Part shown: positions 11,008 to 21,895 of the stretch, piece after piece | Layout: each line of letters starts with the position of its first letter | Position numbering within the stretch: position 1 is the stretch's first letter | Source: Catajapyx aquilonaris | Taxonomy: Eukaryota | Length of the DNA stretch: 44,707 nt | NCBI GenBank assembly: GCA_000934665.2 | Contig: KZ538846.1 | Coordinates: forward strand, 1-44,707 | Reading direction: 5' to 3' | Notes under the pieces: model-generated | Databases searched by the model: none | Told to the model about the DNA's origin: nothing | What the model saw: the letters and a program-made list of their open reading frames with translations, nothing else | Translations under genes and position numbers: made by a program

Positions 11008-11350
11008 CTGTGATTGTAAGGATCCCCCGGCTGAGGTTGAGGTGGAGGAGGCGGTGGCGGTGGTGGTTGAGGCTGCTGTTGCTGTGGTGGCGGCCCCGAT
11101 TGCGGGCTCTGACTGTGGTTGTAGCCCCTGTCAGCGTCGTAACCTGGGTACATGGACCTCGCCCCAGGGGGAGGTGGAGGGGGGTATCCAGATGAGGGAG
11201 GAGGCGGGGGCGGAGGAGGCGGTGGAGGGTACTGCTGGGGGTACTCGTGGTTCATGCCTCCTCCGGGAGGCCCCCTTCCGTACTGGTCCTGGTGAGGGGG
11301 CCCAGGGTAGTGAGGGTAACCTGCCTGGGCCTGGTAGCCTTGGGGTAACC
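11008..11350 (-). CDS. osa: osa coding exon, Pro/Tyr-rich (LPQGYQAQAGYPH...DPYNH)
   Basis: ccgcAG|GG acceptor, AG|GTTCGG donor; 343 nt, phase 1/2. Confidence 0.88.
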
Positions 11351-12069
11351 CTGCGGAATAAAAAGACACTCATATTAAAGACTTGTAATCCGAAATATGT
11401 GCATTACAAAAAAATACCCTTACCGGTGTCAGCAACAAAGAGGCTTATATGTTTTCACTTCAGAATAATAAGCTATATGATCTGATACATTTTGAAACAG
11501 TCATTGTGAAGTAATGGTAACAAATCATGCAAGGAAGCCATTCCGTAAAGAGCACAACACAGTGGATGCAACAGAAACTCTGATACAAACATACCACAGT
11601 TTTCGATTGCTGGAATACACTGATGCATATTGGTAACCACTCGGATATGTAACATGTCTCAGAAAAATTTGATTCATCTTTAAGAAGTTATTAGTTTCTC
11701 AAGAATTTGTTAGGGCTGCTGCTTATGTGCCACAAGAACAAACTGCTGCATTCTTCCGGCCAATAAGACCCGTTTCGCAGAGCAGGTTCCTCGGTTTTAA
11801 CAAGAATTGCCAAAGCAACCATTGTTGACAACAATCGAAGGTAAGGATTGTTCGTAATGAAACTGAGATTTACAACATGACCTGCTGTGAAACCCGGCCT
11901 AAGAAGCAACACTGTGTCACATTTATGTACTCAACAAGGTGGAATGTGAAGCTACATGATTCCTTAAACGTCTAAAAATGCCATGTACGCTAACAAATTC
12001 ATCCTGAAATTCACCTAGAGCAATTAAGAAATAATAATGCTTATCCTCCTCTATTCAGGAGTACTTTTA

Positions 12070-12211
12070 AGCCGCGTTTACATGTGAGCGATTTTGCAGC
12101 AATGTCATCGCCAAGCAATGAGACCAATTGTTTGGGGCAAAAATATATTGTTACTTTTGATGGGCGATGACATCACTGCAACATCGCCCATCAAATCACT
12201 CGCATGCGGCT
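12070..12211. mobile_element. 142-bp MITE, same family, copy 2 (right TIR has a ~6-nt deletion)
   Basis: Left end matches copy 1 at 24/25 nt; shared internal attgtttggggcaaa; right end aaatcactcgcatg-cggct; flanks tta/gta. Confidence 0.75.
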
Positions 12212-12562
12212 GTATCTCCAATTCAGATCACAAGCACTATTGCCAACTTGTACTGTCCGTGCTTCTCCGACAACCGAGGTTTCAATACAAGTAAATTGCA
12301 TTCACAACGCACCTCCTACCTTGATTGGTTGCATATGCCACGAGTTTTAGTCTCAATCCCTACCCATACACCAAAAGTCCGAAATAAGCAGGCCAATTAT
12401 TGCAAGAGTACAAAGGGGTTCGAAAGGAAGGAAGTACAAAGTAAAAGGCAAGGATGTAAAAGATGCAGGGGGGAATTTTTTTTAAAAAAAAGGTGATTAC
12501 CAATCCATTTTTCCCTCTCGCATTAAAGATCAAAAATAAATAAAAAATTTTAATAAACTCAC

Positions 12563-12718
12563 CTTGAGGGGCGCAGTTTATGTTGGATGTGGCATATTGA
12601 GGGCCGTAACAGTTGGGAATGGCAGAAGGACGCTGGTACTGACTCTGTTGTTGCATATCGTCAAATGGATTAGCAACACTGCCATTATCCCCCAGACTGG
12701 GGTTTGGGCCACCCATCC
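12563..12718 (-). CDS. osa: osa coding exon (MGGPNPSLGDNGSVANPFDD...CAPQ)
   Basis: long pyrimidine tract then catAG|GG acceptor, G|GTGAGT donor; 156 nt, phase 1/1; NPFDD motif. Confidence 0.85.
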
Positions 12719-13449
12719 CTATGGGGCAAAAAAGAAAAGAAAAAAAAAGAGGTGATGCAGGCAGGATCAAAGGGGGCAGGGGAAGAGAGGCGGGGGGAAA
12801 AGGTGGAAAAATAAAATCAAAAGAACAGAAAGAGGGAAAGGGGGGAAAAAATATAATTTTAACTAATTTTCGCTCAAGAGTCAACATCCCTCTAAAACGG
12901 TCCCTGCATTTCCCCTGTGCTCCTGAACTGCTTACCAAAACGTGACGGCGACCAAGATTTTTTAAAGGCATAAACCATGGTTAAGTGGCATTCAACAATG
13001 GCTCGCATTTACTGCTTGTGTTATCAACAAGGAACTAAACTGCAAAAATGAATTAGTGAAGTACTTACTCATTAAATTGTAAACAGTACTTTACAATTTT
13101 ACTGGTCTTAATCGATTATTAGAAAAAGGTACTACACAATGTAAATGCTTGAAAAACTCATTCCAGTACGACTAATTACTGCCGACTTTCAGATTCGTAC
13201 AAGCCAACTTGAATGGGCAGCTCTCATTTCTTCTAATAACTGGGCGCCACTTAACATCAGTTTGCACCTGAACACGTCAGCATGCACAAAATACTAATCT
13301 ACTCAAGAGCAGGAAGAAAAATGTGCCAAAAAAAAATCATGCAACAATTAAAGCTATGGTTTTCTCTCGTGGGGAAAAAAAACTCACCTTTACTAAATCT
13401 GGATGCACAAGCAAAATTGGGGGTTTTCAGAGATTAAGACACAACTTAC

Positions 13450-13578
13450 CTGGATGAGGTGATGGCGCACTCGATTGTGACGGAGGTCTCTGCTGCTGCA
13501 TTGGAGATGTTCCGTAGTCAGGAGTGTTTCCAGGTGGGTAGCCGTATCCAAAGCCATCCATGGATCCGCTGTTGGAAC
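13450..13578 (-). CDS. osa: osa coding exon (SNSGSMDGFGYG...APSPHP)
   Basis: gtgcAG|GT acceptor, G|GTAAGT donor; 129 nt, phase 1/1. Confidence 0.88.
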
Positions 13579-13853
13579 CTGCACACACGATACGAGAATT
13601 ACGCATCACGTGAGGTAAGTTTTTAACTCCGGTGCATTGCAATGTCAACATTTCAATCACCCAAAATTCTCTGCGTCAACAATACAGACTGACCCAAACG
13701 GACACAGAAGAAATAATGTCATATTGTTGGTTGCCAGGATGCCAACGGCCAACCAACAATATAATATTATTACCAATGTGTCCAGACTTTCGGGTCATGC
13801 TGTAGTTCTCTGCCTGTTGTTTCATTACATAAGCTCAGTTTAACAATTCTAAC

Positions 13854-14070
13854 CTGGTGATGGCACAGAGGGTGACTTGTTGCTCTTCTTCTTGGAGGAG
13901 GCCTCGACTTGGTTTATTATTGGCTGTGGGTCAATCCCTCCCCGATCGTACTTGCATTCATACGCAAGCAGATTCTTCGTGTAATGCTTCCGAAGCGTGT
14001 AGGCCGCACTTGAGGATGCACCGATGCCCAGCTGGCCTGCAATATCCTTCCAGGTCTTGTTTTTCGTTAC
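13854..14070 (-). CDS. osa: osa coding exon, ARID domain C-terminal half (VTKNKTWKDIA...SVPSP)
   Basis: tttcAG|GTA acceptor, G|GTTAG donor; 217 nt, phase 0/1; ARID W..IA..LG...LRKHY.K.LLAYE. Confidence 0.96.
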
Positions 14071-14259
14071 CTGAAACACAGTGTGTCAAAAGGTCAAGGA
14101 CATTTCAAAATACGAAACACAGGGCGCATACATTAGTCATTTGAATGAGCACAAAAACTGGAAGGCAAAATACCAATTCTAATGATCAGTTTCATGGCGG
14201 TGCATTTAACTATGTTGTACCATGTTACATTTTCCTAAATAATTTTGGTTGCGACGTAC

Positions 14260-14448
14260 CTCCATGAATCCTCCCCTCTCCTTGACAAAGATGTATAGCC
14301 TATAAAGGTCCAGAGGATTCTTGGAGATGGTCGGACAGGCAGTGAGCGGCGTCCCCCTCTCTTCCATGAACTGGAGCAGCTTGTCCAGCCACACCCTCCG
14401 CTCAGGACTTTCATCTATCTCATAGAGTTTGCTCAAGCTATCCGGTTT
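14260..14448 (-). CDS. osa: osa coding exon, ARID domain N-terminal half (KPDSLSKLYE...ERGGFME)
   Basis: ccatccAG|AAA acceptor, GAG|GTACGT donor; 189 nt, phase 0/0; ARID consensus LDLYRLY..VKERGG. Confidence 0.96.
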
Positions 14449-15806
14449 CTGGATGGAAAATAATTGCCCAAAGAGGAACGGCGGGGCAAGATGGGCAAAA
14501 GAAAAGTGTGGTTAGTCCTTATACAACACGTTACTCACAGGAATACATGTCAGAATTGCAAACTGCTGATGAATGAGTCCAACTGCAATACACAGTGAAT
14601 CAAAGCTAACAATTACATATTCAATCATCAACAATAACATGAAATTTCGATCGTAATTTCGCTTTGAACAAATGAATCTCAAAGCAGCAGCATTTTTACA
14701 ATCCTGCAATCAAAACACATTCAGTACATAAATAATGTTTATGATTGGACTAATCATTCACTCGCAATTGACTGAAGTCAAAAACCTACATATTTCTCAA
14801 GAATTTCCGTGTAACATGCAGTCATGCAAAGAATACACGTATTCATTCCAATTCACTCCTTTTGCATGTAAATTTTAATCAAAGGTGCAAAGTATACTCC
14901 TTAGTCACAATTTTTTTTTTTTAAACCACCTACTCATGCACTAAGTGACATGCTCCACATGCAGGTGAAAAAATAATAATTTTACTGGGCAATGAATTAT
15001 TTTGCCCTGCAGCCATTTCCACCACCATTGGATGTACAACACAAAACAATCAACCACCATTATTTCCAAGTACTTGCTGCTTCATTTTATCCATTCGTTT
15101 TTTTTTTATTTAAATTTTCCTCCTGATAGCAACGCCCATATTCAACAGTCACGTACGTATGGGTGGGTATTGTTACTGGGCAAAATTTCAAATAATGCCA
15201 TGCATTTAACTGGTGCTTTGCCTGAGGCTTCTGGCATCAATTTCCAAAGGTTAACAGATTTTCGGATTAAGCTATGAGCCAAGGTAAATGACACAAAAAA
15301 TTTCATACTTAACATTAATTCAGCATGTCATCATATAAGAGAGGATTGAAAACTGTCTCAAGATTTAAGCCACATCAGAAGACCTTCATATTACTGACAT
15401 GTATCATTACTTGCTGGCTTATTAGACAAGCCTGTGTTGACAATTCTATAAACTTCATCGAATTTTGTCAACCAAGTAAAGCCTGTGCTAGCAGCATAAT
15501 GTTCAAAAATGTATCTAGAAAAAGGCCCACATGTATGAAAGTAGTCATATGAAACTCTGTTTGCACACATGCACGTATTACGTACCAGTTCCCAATTTAC
15601 AATTTGAAATTCATTAAGTCTTTTACATGTGTGAACACCAGTAAGAATACCTAGCTCCTTTTGAACGAGTAACTCTTTTTGAATGCTGGGCATTAAGCTA
15701 GAAATGGCTAAAAGGCTTTGCTTCTATGTAGGAGGCAGAAAAAAGGGGGAAACCAACTAGAAACAGGAGGTACTACAGAGAGGAGCACATGAAGCAGCAT
15801 AAACAC

Positions 15807-15848
15807 CTTGGATCTGTAGGTATCTTGTGGGACGTGACTGTTTAGAAC
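15807..15848 (-). CDS. osa: osa 42-nt microexon (VLNSHVPQDTYRSK)
   Basis: ttttgcAG|GTT acceptor, AAG|GTGTTT donor (weak); phase 0/0; resembles the NSHVPQ segment preceding the insect Osa ARID. Confidence 0.82.
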
Positions 15849-16520
15849 CTGCAAAACAAAGAATGGCAGAGTTGAGGGCACAAAGTTAATGTGGTCGTGT
15901 GTTATTCTTCCTCACAAATCATTTAAGAGGGGGGCTTCCAGTCTCGCAACCCTCACCAAAATAGTGCTTGTCAGTGCCTTAATTTCTTTTTTTTTTCTCT
16001 CTCTCTCTTCCATACTCTATGTACACATTACTTAGTGCATTATTAATCCCCATGTGTGCATGTGCATATATTTTCATTACAAGGTGTTGCAAGTACACTG
16101 TGTGAACGCTTGAACCCCAAAACCACATGCACATGAGTCCCATTGGGGCTATGTGTTGTAGGGAAGGAACCAACCCATTTAATCCACAATCAAGTGGGAT
16201 TATAATGCGGCATATTCACATCAGCCAACATTCATCTTGTTCAGAATGCTTCATGTGAAAGAGCCTTTAGACTTTTAGAGACTCCAACAGTTATGCCAAC
16301 CACTCTTTCAGTATCTCCTGGAAAACACCACATCAAAATAGTGCCAGTGGAAAAGACATGCTGTCACTTCGTAAGGCATGACGTGTCCAACTAGACCAGA
16401 GCACCACCGTGAAATCCCAAACGGGTGGCTTCCCTCCCTACCAAACACCTGCTCAAACACAACTCCCAAACCAAATTCTCATAACCACACGGGTCTCCAC
16501 TCCAACTACTTCACACTCAC

Positions 16521-16729
16521 AGGACTCGCTGGTGTCCTGGGCCACCCAGGACTACTCATGTCCCCATAGTCCTCGTGCACCGAGCTCATGCTGGCGGCAC
16601 CTGGTGAAGGCACAGTGCTCTGAGGGGTCGGCGGATGGCTCTGGAAGCTGGTGGGTGGGAATCCACCACCACCCCCGCCGCCGCCATCTTTGCGCACACG
16701 GGGGGTCGTCACCTGGTCATCACCAGACG
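16521..16729 (-). CDS. osa: osa coding exon (SGDDQ...SSPGWPRTPASP)
   Basis: ctgcAG|CG acceptor, CCT|GTGAGT donor; 209 nt, phase 1/0; SPxWPRTP motif. Confidence 0.9.
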
Positions 16730-16801
16730 CTGCAGAGAGGAAGGAATAGTGTCAAGGCAATGCTGCATGTTTAGTTCCTCACCAAATAACAAGATACTCA
16801 C

Positions 16802-16927
16802 TGGCAGAGGCACTGGACAGGGTGGACTGCTGGGATGCCTCATCCACGAGAGTGCCATCTGGTCCAGTAGTTATCACCGAGGTCACCGACCCTGAGGCAG
16901 ATTGGGTCACGTTCGTTGTTACTGTCC
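16802..16927 (-). CDS. osa: osa coding exon (TVTTNVT...DEASQQSTLSSASA)
   Basis: ctatAG|GG acceptor, A|GTGAGT donor; 126 nt, phase 1/1; SQQSTLS motif. Confidence 0.9.
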
Positions 16928-17473
16928 CTATAGGAATTGATATTTCAACATTTCGTCTACCCTGCACCAAGTCACCCGAGAGGCTGACGTACGGGAAGAA
17001 TCACTCCACTGAACAGAAAACTCCTTGGCTAACTGGCAGGGTGCTTGTTCATTACTCAAATGATTTCAATTCGTTAGACAGGATCCCAGCTGAAGTGTGA
17101 CACTATTAAGATTTTTAAAAATATTACTGACGCTTAATTACCTGCAAAGCCTTGTCACCTAGTCGAAACACAGTGGAAACCTTTAATTGGCAATATTACC
17201 TAAGTGTAACTTGTCAATGAAATGAGGGAGCCTTCCAGCACAAACTTGTGACAAAATTTATCCCAGGGCATAAGCAATTCTTCCATAGAACATCTGGGAC
17301 GGTGACACCATGATCATCCTACTTAGCACGACAAGAAATAGTGCAGTAAACTCTTGCCACTGAGCTACAGTTGATATTACATACTTCATCATAACTTACT
17401 CTAAGCCGATGTCACTTTCCATCATTTTCTGACAAAAATGCTTTTTACTAATCATGTGTTAACCGGCGCTCAC

Positions 17474-17596
17474 CTGCAGCGGTGGTGGTAATGGCAGAGT
17501 CATTGCTGCACTCATTCATGCTGGCCATCGGCCCCTCACTGTGGGGCATGTTGGACTGCATGGGCATGGAAGATGGGGGTACAGGAGGAGGAGGAC

Positions 17597-17645
<49 letters not shown>

Positions 17646-18673
17646 CTGCGGGTGGTGTTGCTGAGGGTGGTGCTGCTGCGGTGGAGGGTGATGAGGGTGG
17701 TGCTGCATGTGGTGCTGCGGGTGATGTTGCTGCCCTGGGTGGGGTCCTGGGTGGGAGTTGGCAGTGGGGCCCATCGTTGGGGGTACCCCACCACTAGGGT
17801 TGGGCGGTGGCATGGACGCCATTGGCCCATGCCCTTCGTGACTGTTCACCATGGGTGGGCCACCTGGTGGGCCCCCAGGTGGAGGTGTCCTCGTCACACC
17901 AGGGCCTCCAGAAGTTGAGTTGGCTGCAGGTCCAGATGAAGACACTGGTGGCCCACCGGCTGTGGGAGGGCCCATAGGCTGCCCATTCACATCGGACACT
18001 GTAGATCCAGGCGGGGGTGGCCCCATTGTTGGGGGGCCCATCCCGCCCATTCCAGGGGGGCCCATTGTCGAAGCTGGTGACGACGATGGGGGTGGCATCC
18101 CATACACTTGCTGTTGTTGTTGCTGCTGCTGTTGTTGCTGTTGCTGTTGCTGCTGCTGCTGCTGCTGCTGGAATCCCATTTTCTGTTGCAAGTGCTGCTT
18201 GAGGTAGTGCGGAGACACATGTGGTGGGGGAGGGGGCCTCGCATTTGCAGCAGCCTGGGGCTTCCCTCCCATCATGCCAGGGGGCTGGCCAGGGGCCATT
18301 CCAGGACCACCCCACCCTTGCTGGTAGTTCATCCCCTGGTAAGGATACTGCGAGCCCTGGGGTGGAGGCGGAGGAGGTGGTGGAGGCACATGATTGGGCA
18401 TGGGCCTTCCACCATATTGCATGCTATTCGCAGGTGGTGTTTGCCCCTGGGCCTGTCCCTGCGGTGGTGGCGGCTGCTGCGTGGGCGGCTGCTGTGGTGG
18501 TTGTTGTTGTTGTTGTGGGCCCCCTGGTGGGCCTCCTTGCCCTCCTTGTTGTTGGGAGACACCCCCACTTGGTTGTTGTTGTCCAGGCGCAGCTCCAGAG
18601 TAGCTCTGCCCCCCTCCATACCCCTGGAGGGGGCCCACTTGGTTCTGGGTGGGGCGGGGCCCATAGTTGCCAC
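17474..18673 (-). CDS. osa: osa coding exon, P/Q/G/H-rich low-complexity region with polyQ21 and polyQ17
   Basis: ttcctAG|GT acceptor, G|GTGAG donor; 1200 nt, phase 1/1; contains HYLKQHLQQK. Confidence 0.92.
17598..17648 (-). repeat. CAG/CAA repeat encoding polyQ17
   Basis: 51 nt of ctg/ttg on + strand within the 1200-nt exon. Confidence 0.95.
18108..18170 (-). repeat. CAG/CAA repeat encoding polyQ21
   Basis: 63 nt of ctg/ttg on + strand within the 1200-nt exon. Confidence 0.95.
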
Positions 18674-18976
18674 CTAGGAAGTAAGAAGTGCCTGTTTTTA
18701 AATTATTGCACAAGCTTCACCATACACACATCGCAGTGGGTGCTGCTGAATCTGTTCATGTCATTGCTCCTTTATTTGCAGTTTCACCTGATAAAAGTCC
18801 ATAGTGGCAGGAGGTTCATTCCAGAATTATTTCCAAGATTCTTTGAATGATAGCACAATCTATCTCTCTTGATGACAAATCAACAGTGACAATCAACTTG
18901 ATGATACACACTATCCGATAAGGAACAAGCAATGCAGCACCCACTGCAACTGACAGACACAACAAACAACAGAAAC

Positions 18977-19210
18977 CTTGTGAATATTGCTGACTCTGGG
19001 GAGAGTATGGAGACATTTGCTGGCCCCCTGATGGGACCATGCCTGGGTGTCCGCCCATCTTGTTTGGATACATCCCCATGTGCGGCGGTGGAGCCATGGC
19101 TTGCTGATATCCACCTTGCGCTGCCATCGGTGACTGGCTCATACGTGTGGGTCCACTTCCATCCGATTGGCTGCTTGAAGGGCGAGGGGGCATCGGAATG
19201 TTCTGCTGAC
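18977..19210 (-). CDS. osa: osa coding exon (QQNIPMPPRPSSSQSD...QQYSQ)
   Basis: ttccAG|GT acceptor, G|GTTTCT donor; 234 nt, phase 1/1. Confidence 0.9.
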
Positions 19211-20107
19211 CTGGAAGTCGAATAGAAATGGTCCATCATGATTCATTATCACACACATTCATAACCAGTGGCAGTATTCGGAAGTGACCAACATTGTTCA
19301 AAAGGGATTTATGCCACCAATAGCTAACTATACACATTAGATTTTCCCTTATGGGGCGGGTAGAGTGAAATTTTTCTAGAAGCTTGCGACTGCTCTAGCA
19401 TGAAAGTGACTTGACTAGCAGTAGGTAGGCCTGCCTCACACAATTTGGGCAAAATGTTATCCATTGTCCAGCACTTTTAAGCCATCCAATATTAAAACTT
19501 GTTACTAAATTTTCACCAGGAACATTGAAATTCTCTGGCGGCGCCAAACAAAACTTACATTTTGAGTAGTTTCACCTTCAGGTATTCACTATATTGCAAA
19601 TTGACCTAATAAATCAGAATTGCTCTGCCACATTTGCATGAAAGTCATGCACAGCATCACTGGAGCTTTCATCCCATAACTGGCATGGACTCACTTTATT
19701 TTCTCGAATTTGGAGTGTCCTGAACACCTATTGATAAGGAACGAGCAACAATGGTTGGGGCTAACTTAAAATCCGAATTGTGACCTCGTCAAACCAGTGT
19801 CAAATTCCTCCCAAAACACCTGTGCTCCCCCCCTCTCTTTTCTCTAATTGTGCGAAACCCTGAATCCCAAAATCCAGCCTTTGAAGCCAGTTTAGGGAGG
19901 GAGACCATTTCCCACCGGGCCATGTCCCCCCCCCCCCCCCNGGCAGGCAGACTACGAGTGGTGGGGGAGGGGAGGGGGAGGTAAAGGGGCATTCCCCAAC
20001 CTCCCCGAAAACCGCCCCCCCCCCACCCACCCAACTCCCCCGGGGTGAGTTTCCACTGAATGAATGATCATGGCTCGCGCCAACACCCCCCATCCCCCCA
20101 CCCCCTT

Positions 20108-20128
20108 CTACTACTACTACTACTACTA
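20108..20128. repeat. (CTA)7 microsatellite
   Basis: direct reading. Confidence 0.9.
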
Positions 20129-21765
20129 CACTCCGGAGGATGGGAGGGGGGGTTGGGAGGGAAGAAAGAGATGAGGGGGCTGGAAAGGCTAATCCAGTAA
20201 TCCCGGACACAGGCAGCGCCTTTGCCGCTTTCCTGGAGCGTGGGAAAAGCCTCTCATGTGGCAGCCCTGATGAGGACACCCCCCCCTGTCCTTGAGAGAT
20301 AAAATTGGGAGAGATGAGGGTAAATGGACCACATGCACTGCCCCGGGGCGTGATCCCCTCGTGACACATGGCACAGAAAACGTACAGCCAACAGTGTAAC
20401 AATCACTGGGATATCAGGCTGCTGTATACTGCAACACACAAGACGCTTTTGTTTCTCATCAGAAGGTCCCAAGTGTCTCGCATTACAAGCGAGGTCGCTG
20501 ACTTTTTTTTTTTTTACATACAGTATATATAAGGAATGAGGTGTCGAGTTGCAGGTGTCGATTTTCTTACACAACTTCCTGGTTAAGACATTTAAAGTCC
20601 CCCCCTGTTTGTTATCAACTCAGCCCATGAGCTCGGATGTCAGAATTCCAAGGCGGTTGAAATCGGCGGTCAAGGACGCCTTGCTATCATCGAGCGACCT
20701 TACACTGTGTCACCATGTGTCTGGGCGGCCAACCTTCGATATGCATGCAACACTTTTAATAGTTTTCAGTGGCCTGCCGAGAGATAAACATTGACATTCT
20801 TGCTTTAGATCAGGTTACAGTGTTTCGCTTTCAGTGCTCGTGCCAAGTTTCTGCAACTTGGAAGTCCTACAAAATTACAAATTCGCAATATTTCCATCTC
20901 TAGATTGTCACCCAAAAAAAAATGTTAGTGCACGGTTTAAAAACACAAGTCTCGCTGCCTTATTGGTAAGATGCTAATATGAGAAATAAGCACATCTTTT
21001 CAGGGGACAATCTGGGTTCAAAGCAGATTCCAACAGGTCAAAATGGGCCTTGTCTTGTGACTCGTCCTCGCGAATTCGATGGACCTAGAAAAAGGGATAC
21101 GATATCTCGTGTTGTGTGTGTGTGTCTTTGAGCGGTCAACACGTTTTATGCCTCAGATGTGTTATTTTCGACGCCTCTAGCAGAAAGGATCAACAAGCCC
21201 TGGAAAAAGTGACTTTTGAAGGAAGAATCATCATCTGAGACGACGAACAATTTCCACATTCGTTTCAGTTCTTGATACTTACCAGCGAATTTGGACTTTG
21301 GATAAATCCCAAGGTCGTTCATATCCTAAGCAATTAGCCGAATCAATTTGCAACGCTGTTTTCGTGCAAATTTCCCGAATTCTCAGGTGCATGAGCACCC
21401 AATGTTTTCTTTCCTTCTCCCCTCGGATGGTATTGCCCCCAAGGCTCCAGATGGGTGGGGGGGATGACCCACATTTCACATTTCTCCTCGGAAAATCCCC
21501 CCCCCCCCCATCCCCTCCACCACCCCCGACCACGTTCCACCCTGACCCTGTCTGGCTTGCAAAAGAGCTTCCCAATCGATACACTTTAAAAGGCAGGCTT
21601 TTTGGGGTGGGGGAGGGAGGAAAGTAGGGGGGGGGGAGGCTGCTACTTCCCTTGGGGACCTTCAAATTTATTTTTTTTGCCCTCTCCTGTACACCCATCA
21701 TTCATTCAAACTCTGGGGTTTCATTCACGTGGCACACACACATACAAAAGGGAGGGAAATCTTAC

Positions 21766-21895
21766 CAATGGCCGGAGACATGGACCTGGAGCCGGTGGAG
21801 CCGGTGGGTGACGGCGTCGGCCTCAAGCCCTGAGAGTTGGGCGTCCCAGGCGTCGGACCCGACGAGCTGTCATTACTATTCGGACCCGTCAGCTC
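21766..21895 (-). CDS. osa: osa coding exon, most 5' exon found (ELTGPNSNDSSSGPTPGTPNSQGLRPTPSPTGSTGSRSMSPAI)
   Basis: ttgcAG|GAG acceptor, G|GTAAG donor; 130 nt, phase 0/1; Osa-like RPTPSPTGS motif; absent from the ORF track. Confidence 0.9.

Larger units (their letters stand above)
2505..21895 (-). other. osa: osa/ARID1 (BAF250) gene, 5'-incomplete in this window: 19 coding exons plus ~2 kb 3'UTR; upstream intron runs from 21896 past the window end
   Basis: ARID motif (LDLYRLYIFVKERGGFMEV|TKNKTWKDIAGQLGIG...YTLRKHYTKNLLAYE), BAF250_C motifs ([69 protein letters not shown]) and Osa-type motifs (RPTPSPTGSTGSRSMSPA, SQQSTLS, RRHPDFAKD), recognised from recall of the family. All 18 junctions are GT-AG with matching phases. 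The 3' end is approximate. Confidence 0.95.

Noticed and set aside
17482..18850. polyCys/polyLeu/polyAla/polySer ORFs in other frames
   Set aside because: Alternative readings of the CAG/CAA tracts and GC-rich exon
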